Shown piece after piece: positions 50,172 through 60,359 of a DNA stretch of 64,000 bases. The DNA comes from a virus. The position numbers and the translations under genes were made by a program. Position 1 is the first letter of the stretch, and each line of letters opens with the position of its first letter. Location of the stretch: IMG/VR virus record IMGVR_UViG_3300045988_174094, positions 44,932 through 108,931 of that record; one strand, 5' to 3'. The notes under the pieces were generated by a model that was not told the origin of the DNA, searched no databases, and worked only from the letters and a program-made list of their open reading frames with translations.

Positions 50172-51704
50172 ATTGGGGCGAAAGGCACTGCACTCACTAG
50201 TGATATCTTTGAAGTGTGGAGCACTCGTGATGGACAAGTGGCTTATCTCCATCTAGAAAAAGGTATCAAAGAAAGTTTTACAATTTCTCCCACTGATTCA
50301 AAATATCATGGAACAATTGTTTCCTTCATTCCATCTCAAGAAGTATATCATCTTGAGCCAATTTCAATAAAATTTGAAGATATCAAAAAAATGTGCCGTG
50401 ATTGGTCATATCTTTATCCTCAAATTATTTTTATTCTCAATAATGATTTGACAGGTGAAAAAATAGAGTACCAATCTAAAAATGGTTTACTTGATTTTCT
50501 CAAAAATAGTGGTGCGAAAACGATTCACAAAACTCCACTTCATATTGTTCTAAAAGAAGAACAAATTGAGGCTGAAATCGTAATGGAATGGACAGATAGT
50601 CGTGCTGAAACTTCTTTTACTTTTACGAATGGACTTGAAAATTCAAATGGTGGGACATCTCTAACTGGTGTAAAAACAGCTTTGACAAACTTCTTCAAGA
50701 AGAAAATCAAAGGAGAGGGTTCTCCTGACACTTTACGCAAAGGTTTACTTTATGCCGTCAGTTGTAAAGTGCCGAACCCCTCTTTTGCCAATCAAACCAA
50801 GACGAAGGTAAATACGCCTGAGCTTAGGGGTCTTTGCCAGCGCGCGACCACCCAAATGCTTGAAGATTTTGAGCGAAAACATTCTGATGAATTTCAGAAA
50901 ATTTTGGACTTACTTTTGAAAGAAGTAAAAGCCGACGCTGCTGCGGAACGTGCGCGTCGCCAAGTCTTAGAAACAGAAAAAGAAATCAACAACGAAAAGA
51001 AAAAACGGGCAATCCTTGCCGATAAGCTGAAAGACTGCCAAATTCATGGGCCAGAGAACGGCTCAATTCTAGCCATAACGGAGGGAGATAGTGCTCTTGG
51101 CGCACTCGCTCAAGGTCGGCCCATCGATCGAGTAGCTCTTCTCCCCATCCGAGGTAAAATCATTTCTGCTTTGAAGCATGACCAAGAAAAAATTCTACAG
51201 AATGAGGAAGTCAAAGCAATTTTTTCTGCGCTAGGCTGCGGCTTCTTCAACAATTATAACTCGAAAAAGCTTCGTTATCAATACGTTGCTTGCGCTTCTG
51301 ACGCTGACGTTGATGGTGCATCCATTTCAAATCTAATTACAACGCTTTTCTTCTATATGTGTCCTCAGTTTATAAAAGAAGGGCGTTTGTTTAGAATGAA
51401 AATGCCCCTTTTTGTTTTACGATATAAAGATAAGACCCTTTATGCGTTTAGTGAAGAAGAAAGAGATATGCTTCTAAAGAAAAATGGAAAGCCGAAAGAA
51501 ATTAGTCGTAAAAAAGGTATTGGTGAGAATACGCCTCAAGAAACAAAAGAAAGTGTTTTTGGCGCCCAGCGCAGGTGGGAACGCGTTCAAATTGGAGACT
51601 TTGAAAGATATTCAGAAATGATGAATATGCTGATGGGACCAAACGTAGAAGAAAGAAAGCAATTTATTATGAAAAATGTTGATTTTTCAAATATTTGTGA
51701 ATAA
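50172..51704 (+). CDS. gyrB: type IIA topoisomerase subunit B, exon 2 (transducer + TOPRIM)
   Basis: Starts IGAKGTALTS. TOPRIM motifs ITEGDSALGALAQGR and SDADVDGASI. Confidence 0.85.
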   Translation: MGAKGTALTSDIFEVWSTRDGQVAYLHLEKGIKESFTISPTDSKYHGTIVSFIPSQEVYHLEPISIKFEDIKKMCRDWSYLYPQIIFILNNDLTGEKIEYQSKNGLLDFLKNSGAKTIHKTPLHIVLKEEQIEAEIVMEWTDSRAETSFTFTNGLENSNGGTSLTGVKTALTNFFKKKIKGEGSPDTLRKGLLYAVSCKVPNPSFANQTKTKVNTPELRGLCQRATTQMLEDFERKHSDEFQKILDLLLKEVKADAAAERARRQVLETEKEINNEKKKRAILADKLKDCQIHGPENGSILAITEGDSALGALAQGRPIDRVALLPIRGKIISALKHDQEKILQNEEVKAIFSALGCGFFNNYNSKKLRYQYVACASDADVDGASISNLITTLFFYMCPQFIKEGRLFRMKMPLFVLRYKDKTLYAFSEEERDMLLKKNGKPKEISRKKGIGENTPQETKESVFGAQRRWERVQIGDFERYSEMMNMLMGPNVEERKQFIMKNVDFSNICE

Positions 51705-51715
51705 GGAGGATTATA

Positions 51716-54076
51716 GTGGAAGATTTTATTGATAGAGATGCACAAGAAGTCTTTGAGGAAGATTTCCTCGATTTTGCTGGCTATAACCTCCAACGCCGCG
51801 CCCTACCTGACGCGCGCGATGGCTGTAAGTGGGGCGCGCGAAAGCTTCTTCATGCGCAATATCTCGCAAAGCTCACTTATGATAAGCCTTTCAAAAAGGC
51901 AGCAAAGTCAGTCGCGCAGGCTACTAGCTTTAGTTATACACATGGCCCGGCCTCTGCATATGGCACACTTATTCGTATGGCTAAACCTTTTGCTTATCGA
52001 GTTCCTCTCCAAGAAGCTAATGGCAACTATGGTACTTTGATGAACCCGAATGACCACTCTGCTGACCGTTATGTTGAACTGCGCGGGTCTGAAATTGCAT
52101 ATCAACTTTTGAAAGACTTGGAAAAAGGAATTATTGATGAATGGGAAGACACTTATGATATGGAAGGAAAATTCCCAAAAGTACTTCCCGCGAAAGGTTT
52201 TTGGAATGGCGTCAATGGTTGTATTTCGATTGGCAGTGGTATGTCAAGTAGTTTGCCACCACTTAATCTTAGAGAAACCAATGAAGCAATGATAAAGCTT
52301 CTTTGGAACCCCAATATTCCAGATGATGAAATTCTTTGTTATCCAGACTTTCCAACAGGCGCGACACTTCTAAATAAAGATGAAGTTAGAAAAAGCCTTT
52401 TGGCTGGAAATGGTCCTGCGTGTAAAGTGCGCGCGAGCATTGAATGGGAACCAAAAGATAGATGTTTTATTGTTAGAGAAATGCCGTATTCAACTTTTAC
52501 AAATACTATCTGTAAGGAGCTTGCAAACCTAATTGAAGAAGATGAAAGCTGCGGCATTCGTGATTTTGCTGACTATACTGGTGAGCGCGCAGACTTGAGA
52601 ATTTTCCTCTCAAAAGGCGCTTCCCCTGAGAAAGTTTTGAAATATCTTTATAAGAATACTTCTCTTGAAACTTTCTTTGCCATCAATATGACCGTCCTTG
52701 ATAAGGGCCTCTATCCTGTTGTGATGGGGCAGCGTGCGCTATTCCAATCGCATCTTGACCACGAGAAAACTGTTTATATAAATTGTTTTCAGTTTGACCG
52801 TCGGAAAATTCGTGCGCGACTTCATATCCTTGAAGCACTTATCAAAGCAATTTCAATGATCGATGAAGTAGTCAAAACTATCAAGCAAGCTGCGGATACA
52901 AAAAATGCATCAATTGGGCTTCAGCGCCTGTTATGTATTGATGAAACGCAAGCAAAAGCAATTCTTGACCTAAAGCTCTCTCGTCTCACCCATCTTGATG
53001 TTTCTAAGTTGATGAGTGAAAAAGCCGAGCTAGAGAAAGAACTCGCGCGCATTGAAGCTATTCTTGCCGATGAGAATCTTTTGAAGAAAGAGATTGAAAA
53101 GGGGCTGCGTGAAGTAGCTGAAAAATTTGGTGATGCGCGCCGGACAAAAATTTTGAATATTTCCAATGAAGAAGAAACGGTCGAGCGGAAGCAGTTGGCT
53201 CTTTCTTTTACGAATGAGGGCGCAGTTTTCGTGAATGAAACATCTACTCTCTATTCTCAACGGCGAAATGGCGTTGGCCAAAAATTCAAACTCGATAAAG
53301 GCGAATATGTAGTTGACACGCTTGTTGGAGAAACCACAGATGGAATTCTTTTCTTTACAGATAAGGGGCGTTTTTACTCTACAAAAATGGGTAATTTCTC
53401 TATTGGAGAAAAGCAATACCTAAACAGCCTTGTACCATTCCAGCCCGATGAACAAGTGCGCGCAAGCGTTATTATCTCGAAAGAACAACAAGCCTCTAAC
53501 ATCGTATTCATTACAAAGAATGGAATTTTGAAGAAATCTTCTTTGTCTGAGTATAACCTAAAAAGAGGTAATGGTGCGCAGGCAATAAAACTCGACGAAA
53601 ATGATACAATTGTCTCTGTTTTGATTTTAAGAGATGAAAATATTGGAATCTTGTCTCATTCTGGCAACTTTATTATGATTTCCACTTCTGATATCCGTCC
53701 GATTGGACGAGTCGCGCGCGGCGTTGTAGGAATGAAGCTCAATGAAGGAGACTGTGTTGTTTCCGCGCGAGTTATTCCAAAAGAGACTAAAGAGATTTTA
53801 TCAATTTCTGAAGATGGTTCAGCAAAACGAACTTCAATTGGAGAATTTGGGCTGACCGGCCGCGCAACAAAAGGAAAATCAATTCAGCAATCAGATAAAC
53901 TTTGTGATTTCTTACCGCTAATTGATGATAAAGAAGTTTTGGTAGTCTCTAATGTTTCTCAAATTCGGCTAAAGATAAATGAAATTCCTTTATTATCGCG
54001 CGCAGCAATGGGTGTGAAGGTAATGAAATTGAAAGATAAAGAAAAAATTCAGAATTTAGTTGGATTGAATTCTTGA
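51716..54076 (+). CDS. gyrA: type IIA topoisomerase subunit A (GyrA/ParC-like)
   Basis: GTG start follows AAGGAGG. LPDARDGCKWGARKLL, and active-site region SADRYVELRG (compare AAMRYTE). Confidence 0.85.
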   Translation: MEDFIDRDAQEVFEEDFLDFAGYNLQRRALPDARDGCKWGARKLLHAQYLAKLTYDKPFKKAAKSVAQATSFSYTHGPASAYGTLIRMAKPFAYRVPLQEANGNYGTLMNPNDHSADRYVELRGSEIAYQLLKDLEKGIIDEWEDTYDMEGKFPKVLPAKGFWNGVNGCISIGSGMSSSLPPLNLRETNEAMIKLLWNPNIPDDEILCYPDFPTGATLLNKDEVRKSLLAGNGPACKVRASIEWEPKDRCFIVREMPYSTFTNTICKELANLIEEDESCGIRDFADYTGERADLRIFLSKGASPEKVLKYLYKNTSLETFFAINMTVLDKGLYPVVMGQRALFQSHLDHEKTVYINCFQFDRRKIRARLHILEALIKAISMIDEVVKTIKQAADTKNASIGLQRLLCIDETQAKAILDLKLSRLTHLDVSKLMSEKAELEKELARIEAILADENLLKKEIEKGLREVAEKFGDARRTKILNISNEEETVERKQLALSFTNEGAVFVNETSTLYSQRRNGVGQKFKLDKGEYVVDTLVGETTDGILFFTDKGRFYSTKMGNFSIGEKQYLNSLVPFQPDEQVRASVIISKEQQASNIVFITKNGILKKSSLSEYNLKRGNGAQAIKLDENDTIVSVLILRDENIGILSHSGNFIMISTSDIRPIGRVARGVVGMKLNEGDCVVSARVIPKETKEILSISEDGSAKRTSIGEFGLTGRATKGKSIQQSDKLCDFLPLIDDKEVLVVSNVSQIRLKINEIPLLSRAAMGVKVMKLKDKEKIQNLVGLNS

Positions 54077-54101
54077 TTTTCTTTTGAATTTTGAGTATAA
54101 T
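54073..54101 (+). promoter_or_regulatory. promoter TTGATT-17-TATAAT
   Basis: ttgattttcttttgaattttgagtataat, overlapping the gyrA stop. Confidence 0.6.
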
Positions 54102-54201
54102 ATTATTACAAAGTGAGTTGAGAGACAACTTATTTGATATGGAATAAATGAGACACCGTCTCGTTTATAATAAAATATTTTATAATAAAAAGGAGTAAAA
54201 A

Positions 54202-54456
54202 ATGCAACTAACAGCTAAGTCCAATGAGGTTTTTGAGTATCTAAAGAATAATGGCGGTAAAGTGTCTATCGAGGAGCTAGCTAACGCTACTGGTCGCTCT
54301 GCCCGTTCTATCGGCGCGAACGTTCTCGACCTTACTAAGAAGGGTCTTGTCGTTCGTGAGAAGAAAGAGGTTGAGGGCGCCGAGAAGCCCGTCGCATATG
54401 CTATTCTAACTGACGCTGGCAAGACTTTTGTCCCTTCTGACGACGACGCAGAGTAA
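54202..54456 (+). CDS. small winged-helix DNA-binding protein (GC-rich codons, related to C-terminal parts of 9249 and 12546)
   Basis: VSIEELANATGRSARSIGANVLDLTKKGLVVRE. Confidence 0.75.
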   Translation: MQLTAKSNEVFEYLKNNGGKVSIEELANATGRSARSIGANVLDLTKKGLVVREKKEVEGAEKPVAYAILTDAGKTFVPSDDDAE

Positions 54457-54470
54457 ATTGAATTCATATA

Positions 54471-54499
54471 GGCGAGGCTATTATTGGCCTCGCCATTTG
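54471..54499 (+). terminator. hairpin terminator (short T-run)
   Basis: ggcgaggc-N8-gcctcgcc followed by atttg. Confidence 0.55.
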
Positions 54500-54542
54500 A
54501 AGAGCCTAATATAATAATAATTGAAAAGGAGAAAAAAAATAA

Positions 54543-55463
54543 ATGCTAAAGCAAGCTGAAAATAGAGGTAAGATTGAAGGTATTCTACTAGAGACAAATC
54601 TAAAATATGGCTCTTTTGAGAAGAATGGACAGAAGATTGATACTGTCGGCGGTGAGATTACTGTTGAAGTCGACAAGGAAGTCAACGGTGCACCTGCCAC
54701 TTATCAGATTCCAGTTTCTCTTTATGCTCAGAAGTATAAGAAGGATGGGAAGACCCTAAATCCCGCTTACACGAGTATTGAGACTGTGATGAAGGAGTAT
54801 AAGTCTGTTGCCGCCGTTGGCAGAGAAGAGGCTGATCGTGTTCGTATCACTGGCGCGACTCTTAAGATGAATGAATTCTACGCGCAGGATGGTCGTTTTG
54901 TTTCTACCCCACGTATTCAGGCTTCTTTCGTAAATAAGGCGACTGGCGAATTCAAGCCATCCTGTGAGTTTACTATTATGTTTGCTATTTCTAGTATCAA
55001 GCCGATGGTTGATGAGCAGGGTGTTGAACTTGACCCCAAGAAGCTTGAGATTACTGCTATTGTTCCGCAGTATGGCGGCAAGGTCGATATTATGAAGCTT
55101 CATGCTACCAATCCCAACGTCGTTGCAGCAATTGAGCAGTATTGGGAGACCGATAAGACTTTTAAGGCAACAGTTCGTCTCAACTTCTCCTCTACAACTG
55201 AGAAGATTATTGAGCAGATTGGCTTTGGTGAGCCGCAGGAGCGTATGAAGACCACTTCTGTGAAGGAGCTGGTTGTAATTGCTGGTTCTCAGGAGCCGTT
55301 TGAGGGTGATGCCGCATATGATATGGATGACCTTGTCCAGGCAATGCGCGAACGCAAGGCTCGTCTTGACCAGATGAAGGCAGATGCAGGCAAGAAGAGT
55401 GCTCATAAGGCTCCCGCGCAAACTAGTTCCCTTTCTAATGTTGGAGCCGACCTAGGCTTCTAA
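54543..55463 (+). CDS. putative ssDNA-binding protein
   Basis: The call rests on position, just before the recombinase-like ATPase, and on the C-terminal ..ADLGF tail, which recalls the SSB tip. No firm motif. Confidence 0.7.
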   Translation: MLKQAENRGKIEGILLETNLKYGSFEKNGQKIDTVGGEITVEVDKEVNGAPATYQIPVSLYAQKYKKDGKTLNPAYTSIETVMKEYKSVAAVGREEADRVRITGATLKMNEFYAQDGRFVSTPRIQASFVNKATGEFKPSCEFTIMFAISSIKPMVDEQGVELDPKKLEITAIVPQYGGKVDIMKLHATNPNVVAAIEQYWETDKTFKATVRLNFSSTTEKIIEQIGFGEPQERMKTTSVKELVVIAGSQEPFEGDAAYDMDDLVQAMRERKARLDQMKADAGKKSAHKAPAQTSSLSNVGADLGF

Positions 55464-55475
55464 TTTTAGGGGGTA

Positions 55476-55565
55476 ATGGGAATGGGTATTGATATTCTTT
55501 CTTTACAGCCGAACGTTATTTCGAGAGACCTTCGTGGCAAGTATTTGCTCTTGGCAGGCGCGCCT
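55476..55565 (+). CDS. Sak4-like (AAA_24) ATPase, exon 1
   Basis: AGGGGG RBS. MGMGIDILSLQPNVISRDLRGKYLLLAGAP, breaking off inside the Walker A motif. Confidence 0.65.
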
Positions 55566-55817
55566 TCGACCATAATCTGGGGCGGTTGATTGGTAACAAT
55601 CAATAGAGAAACGCGGAGAAAAACTGGAAAGCTGAGATGCTAATCAGAGGTGAAGGACTGACAAAGTCAGTTCAGCCGCAACGCATAGATGGTGAAAAGA
55701 TATAATCCATCCAAGAGGCCGCGTCCCCGCACAATGGCGGGTGGAAAGATATGCTGAACTTATACGAAATGAAGTATAAGAAGTAAAGGATAAAAAGCCT
55801 TTACGATAACAATTTTG
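55566..55817 (+). mobile_element. ORF-less group I intron (252 nt) inside the P-loop codons
   Basis: P1 is CGCCU paired with GGGCG (U-G). Boxes GCTAATCAGAGG and AAGATATAATCC. Ends in G at 55817. Splicing creates GAPKIGKT, which is GxxxxGKT. Confidence 0.7.
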
Positions 55818-56720
55818 AAGATAGGTAAAACGGAATTTTGTTGCCAAAGCGACAAAGCTCTAATCATAGCCACGGAGATTGGAACCAACGCTCAAGGCAA
55901 CGCAATGGTTCAACCAATTACCACTTGGAGCGAGTGGAAACTTGTTCTTCGACAGCTTGAAAAGCCACAGGCGAAGGAACTATATCAGACAATTTGTATT
56001 GACACTGTCGGCATATTGTTTGATTTATGCGAACAATTTATTTGCGCGCAGAATGGAGTATCTAAGATCGGAGACGTGCCCTTCGGCGGGGGATATGCTC
56101 AACTGTCGAAAGAATTTGAAAATTCCCTCCGCAAAATTACTATGATGCGGTATGGCCTTCTTATGACGTGTCACTTGAAAGAGACTTATGATGAAGAAGG
56201 TAAACTTATTAGCGCAAAACCTGACCTCAATAATCGTTGTCTAAAAATCGTCAATAGTCTTGTCGACGTCATTGCAATTATCACTCAAACATGGAATGAA
56301 AAGGGCGAGAGCGAACGCTGGATTCAAACTCGTTCTACTCCAACAGTTACAGCAGGAAGCCGCTTCCGTTTCTTAGCTCCACGTATCCCCTTTGGGTTCC
56401 ATGAGTTTGAAACAGCTCTGGCTAAAGCAATTGATATGGAGGAGCAAAATGGTGCACGCGTTGTCGATAACGCTCCAATTATCACTAATGAAAAGCATGA
56501 TTTCAACGCTACCATGAGTGAGGCTCGTGAAATTTGGACTTCACTTGTAAATAAGGCACAAACGGACGAGGATAAGACGGATATTGTTCGCACGATGTCA
56601 AAGAAGGTTGAGATGATTTTTGGCCGAAAGATAAAACTCTCAGAAGTTACTGAAGACCAAGTTGATTTGTTATATCTTGCACTTCTTGACCTGCGCGACC
56701 TGCGTGATAGCATGAACTAA
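55818..56720 (+). CDS. Sak4-like (AAA_24) ATPase, exon 2
   Basis: KIGKTEF.., Walker B ICIDTV. Overall resembles phage Sak4/AAA_24 recombination ATPases. Confidence 0.8.
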   Translation, partial: KIGKTEFCCQSDKALIIATEIGTNAQGNAMVQPITTWSEWKLVLRQLEKPQAKELYQTICIDTVGILFDLCEQFICAQNGVSKIGDVPFGGGYAQLSKEFENSLRKITMMRYGLLMTCHLKETYDEEGKLISAKPDLNNRCLKIVNSLVDVIAIITQTWNEKGESERWIQTRSTPTVTAGSRFRFLAPRIPFGFHEFETALAKAIDMEEQNGARVVDNAPIITNEKHDFNATMSEAREIWTSLVNKAQTDEDKTDIVRTMSKKVEMIFGRKIKLSEVTEDQVDLLYLALLDLRDLRDSMN

Positions 56721-56732
56721 ATAGATATATGT

Positions 56733-56776
56733 TCAGAGGCATAGTGTAAGACTATGCCTCTGAATTTGTATTTTTA
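56733..56776 (+). terminator. intrinsic terminator
   Basis: ttcagaggcatagt-gtaag-actatgcctctgaa followed by a T-rich tail. Confidence 0.75.
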
Positions 56777-56794
56777 CGAAATTTATGATATAAT
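56766..56794 (+). promoter_or_regulatory. promoter TTGTAT-17-TATAAT
   Basis: ttgtatttttacgaaatttatgatataat. Confidence 0.55.
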
Positions 56795-56825
56795 ATTAGA
56801 AAGGAAAAGAATTGGAGTTGATAGA

Positions 56826-57365
56826 GTGAAACACGAAGTCAAATGCCGACTATGTGGGCAATATTTTGATGCTCAACTTGATGGGTTAGACACTGTCTAT
56901 GTGATGCCCGCAAAGAATTATTATTATCATAAAACCTGTTATGACAATTGGAAGAAAGCGAATCTAAATGAGGACGATCAATGGCGCGACCGTATTTATG
57001 ACTATCTCGCGCACGACCTAAAAATCAAATATGATTTTTTCAAATGCGAAGCCTTCTTCAAAAGTTTTATCAAATCAGAGAAAAAAGGAACATATAAAGG
57101 ATGTTATTTTGCTTTGAAATATTTTTATGAAATTCAAGGTGGAGATAGGGAGAAAAGCTATGGCGGCCTTGGAATTATTCCATATGTTTATGCCAAATCT
57201 ACCGAATACTGGTCGCGCAAAGAACAAGAAAATCGCGGCATCGTTGCTTCTATTGAAGAAGAAATCAAAAAACGTGAAGAGCTCCGCGCGAAAGCTCCTC
57301 TCCGTAAAGTCAAAAAAGAAAAGACTCAAGCAAGACCAAAGTGGAACTTGGAGGACATTGAATGA
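56826..57365 (+). CDS. zinc-finger protein (possible helicase-associated factor)
   Basis: GTG 56826 follows GGAG. CRLCGQ..HKTC. The track start at 56754 lies inside the terminator and promoter. Confidence 0.7.
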   Translation: MKHEVKCRLCGQYFDAQLDGLDTVYVMPAKNYYYHKTCYDNWKKANLNEDDQWRDRIYDYLAHDLKIKYDFFKCEAFFKSFIKSEKKGTYKGCYFALKYFYEIQGGDREKSYGGLGIIPYVYAKSTEYWSRKEQENRGIVASIEEEIKKREELRAKAPLRKVKKEKTQARPKWNLEDIE

Positions 57366-58924
57366 CAGATAAAAATACAGTGCTGCAAGTTCTCGGCGCG
57401 CTTATGGCAAAGCCCCAATATCTTAGCCATACAGACAAATATATACTAACTCCGGATGACTTTCAAACAAAACTTGATAAATATATTTTTGCTGCAATTG
57501 ACGGTCTTTACCGAAATGGCGCGACACGTATTGCTCCTATTGATATTGAAGGTTATCTAAAAAATAATGCGTCCGCGCGCGTTACTTTTGAAACGGCTCA
57601 TGGTATCGAATACCTCCAAGATGCGCAATATTATACAGATGAAGATAACTTTCTTCTTTATTATCGCCGTCTAAAAAAGATTAGCTTATTGAATTCTCTT
57701 CAAAAAATGGGCGTTGACACAAGTGAGTTTTTTATTGAAGATGAAACAAAGCAAGAAGCATTTGAAGTCAACAAGAACTTTGAAGAATTAACAATTGAAA
57801 AAATCCTTCAAAAGGTCAAGTCTAAAATTCTAAAGCTAGAACAAAATTATAGCGAAAATGATGAAATACAGTCGTGGAACCTAGAAGAAGAAGTAGATGA
57901 TGTGATTGATAGCTTCGGAGCTCCAGAAGGAATTGGTCTTCCAGTAAACGGAGATATTTTTTCTCATATCATAAATGGCGCGGAACTTGGTGCGCTAACT
58001 ATCCGTAGTAGTGGAAGTGGCGGAGGTAAGAGTGCGCAGGCTGTAGCTGATGCTTGTCGATTAGCATTTCCTTTTTATTATGATGACTATAAAAGAAAAT
58101 GGGTTAGAGTAGGTAATACAGAGCCAGTTCTCTTTATAATGACAGAACAAAAACCAGAACAAATTATCCAAATGGTTCTAGGATATTTGACCGGAATTGA
58201 AAGAAGTAGATTCCGTTATGGAGATTTTTCAAAAGACGAATTAGAGAGAATAGAGACTGCGCGCAAGATTATCAAGCATTATAAGACATTGAAGTTGATG
58301 AGAATTCCTGACCCATCAATTGAACAAATCAAGAATATAGTGCGCGAACAGGTAATTCTTTATGGAAGTCGATATGTATTTTATGATTATATCTTTATTT
58401 CTCCAAAACTGCTTGAAGAATTTCGTGGGCACTCATTACGTAATGATGAGCTGCTACTCCTCATGGCCACAGCGCTCAAAGACCTTGCAATTGAACAAAA
58501 CGTCTGTGTCTTTACTTCAACTCAAGTCAATGCAAAAGCTGATGATAATACTGATATACGAAACGAAGCTTCTCTTGCTGGTGGTCGAGCAACCATCAAC
58601 AAAGCAGACAATGGTGTAATCTGTGCGCGACCAACAAAAGACGAAATTGAAATTCTCAACCAAGATGGAGTTCTTGACCAAGGTATTATTCCAGATATGG
58701 TAACAGACGTTTTCAAAGTTCGTTCTGGTCGATGGACACAGGTTAGAATTTGGAGCCAATTCAATGCTGGCACGCTTCGTAAACGCGACCTTTTTGCGAC
58801 AGATCGTTATATGCGACCTATACCAGAACTCACAGAGGATGAGGCGCGCAGCCTCGTAAATTGGGAACTTTCAAAAGAAGATGAAGAGTTCTTAGAAGAA
58901 ATCAACAAGAAAGGAAAGAACTGA
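57362..58924 (+). CDS. dnaB: DnaB-family replicative helicase
   Basis: N-terminal VLGALMAKPQYL..DFQTKLDKYIFAAI and Walker A SGSGGGKS. Confidence 0.8.
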   Translation: MTDKNTVLQVLGALMAKPQYLSHTDKYILTPDDFQTKLDKYIFAAIDGLYRNGATRIAPIDIEGYLKNNASARVTFETAHGIEYLQDAQYYTDEDNFLLYYRRLKKISLLNSLQKMGVDTSEFFIEDETKQEAFEVNKNFEELTIEKILQKVKSKILKLEQNYSENDEIQSWNLEEEVDDVIDSFGAPEGIGLPVNGDIFSHIINGAELGALTIRSSGSGGGKSAQAVADACRLAFPFYYDDYKRKWVRVGNTEPVLFIMTEQKPEQIIQMVLGYLTGIERSRFRYGDFSKDELERIETARKIIKHYKTLKLMRIPDPSIEQIKNIVREQVILYGSRYVFYDYIFISPKLLEEFRGHSLRNDELLLLMATALKDLAIEQNVCVFTSTQVNAKADDNTDIRNEASLAGGRATINKADNGVICARPTKDEIEILNQDGVLDQGIIPDMVTDVFKVRSGRWTQVRIWSQFNAGTLRKRDLFATDRYMRPIPELTEDEARSLVNWELSKEDEEFLEEINKKGKN

Positions 58925-59979
58925 TGGCAATCAATTATAAAGAAATAATTGAGAGTCTTGAGCCAGAGGACATTGAAAAAATTTTAGATAAGTTAGACGT
59001 CCCTTGGATTGATAAAGGAGACTTTTTGCTTTGTAAAACAGCTTGTCACAACCTAAATGTAGACGAGGCTTCTTGGAAACTTTATTACTATAAGAATACT
59101 CATCTTTTTTATTGCTATAGCTCGTGCGGTGCAATGTCAATATTTCAATTTGTTGAACATTGGTATGAGACGCGTGAAGTAGTCTTTGATTGGTATCAAG
59201 ATATTTATAGTTTTATCCAAAGCTATAACCAATCTTACTTTGCCGAGGAAAAAGAACTAAAAACAAAATATAAAAGTAATAAAGATAAGTATGTAGGACA
59301 AAAACTTCGGCGTGAGCTTCCAGAATTTTCTTCTAAGGTTCTTGAAACTTTTCAACATTATTATCCAGTTGAATGGTTGGAAGAAGGAATCACGGAACAA
59401 ACAATGGATAAGTATGAGATACTTTATTCACCAACTCAAAATAAAATTATTATTCCTCATTTTGATGTAAATGGAAGATTAGTTGGAATTAGAGGGCGCG
59501 CGCTCGATGAATGGGAAGTTGAAAATGTTGGTAAATATATGCCAATTCAGGTAGAAAATACTTGGTATTCTCATCCTCTCTCTTTCAATTTATATGGACT
59601 TTTTCAGAATAGGAAAAATATTGAAGAAAGAGGCGTTTGCTATGTATTTGAAGCGGAAAAATCTGTACTTCTTTCTGAAAATTTTTCTACACCGAATTGT
59701 GCGGTGGCCATTTGTGGTAGTCAGTTCAATAAATACCAAGTTGACCTTTTGATGCGGTTCGCGCGCCCAAGAGAAATTATTCTTTGTTTGGATAACGAAG
59801 AAAAAGAAGGAAGCACAGAATATTTTGAAAAACTTTGGAAGATTTGTAATAAATATAAAAATTATTGTAGATTTTCTTTTGTTTATGATAGAAAAAATAT
59901 AACAAAAAAGAAAGATAGCCCAGCTGATGAAGGAGAAGAAGTCTTTCGCCAGCTGATAAAGGAGAGAGTAAAAGTGTAA
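58924..59979 (+). CDS. dnaG: DNA primase (zinc-binding + TOPRIM)
   Basis: CKTACHN..CYSSCG zinc site, then VFEAEKSVL and LDNEE TOPRIM motifs. Confidence 0.8.
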   Translation: MAINYKEIIESLEPEDIEKILDKLDVPWIDKGDFLLCKTACHNLNVDEASWKLYYYKNTHLFYCYSSCGAMSIFQFVEHWYETREVVFDWYQDIYSFIQSYNQSYFAEEKELKTKYKSNKDKYVGQKLRRELPEFSSKVLETFQHYYPVEWLEEGITEQTMDKYEILYSPTQNKIIIPHFDVNGRLVGIRGRALDEWEVENVGKYMPIQVENTWYSHPLSFNLYGLFQNRKNIEERGVCYVFEAEKSVLLSENFSTPNCAVAICGSQFNKYQVDLLMRFARPREIILCLDNEEKEGSTEYFEKLWKICNKYKNYCRFSFVYDRKNITKKKDSPADEGEEVFRQLIKERVKV

Positions 59980-60359
59980 TGAGATATCGACTAAAAAATC
60001 CAGAAATAAAAGAAAATTTTGGAGAAAACCTCCTTCGCGCGAGAGGAGTCCAAGACATTCAAGAGTTTTGTCATCCAGACGAAAATTGCCTTCAAAGCTG
60101 GCGCGACTTAGAAAATATTGAAAGAGCAGTGAAAGCGATAGAGCTAACAATCAATGATGTACGTCCATATGCACTAATTGCTGATTGCGACGTTGATGGC
60201 GCAACATCATCTGCCATTATCTATCAATATTTGAAAAGGCTAAATCCAAAAAAAGAAATTCAATACTTTATTCATTCTGGAAAACAGCATGGCTTTTCTG
60301 ATTTGATGGAACAGTTAGAAGATAAAGATTGGAGTATAATTATTGCGCCAGATGCAGGT
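59979..60359 (+). CDS. DHH-family (RecJ-like) phosphoesterase/exonuclease, exon 1
   Basis: ADCDVDG (DHH motif I) .. IIAPDAG, then the frame stops. Confidence 0.8.
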
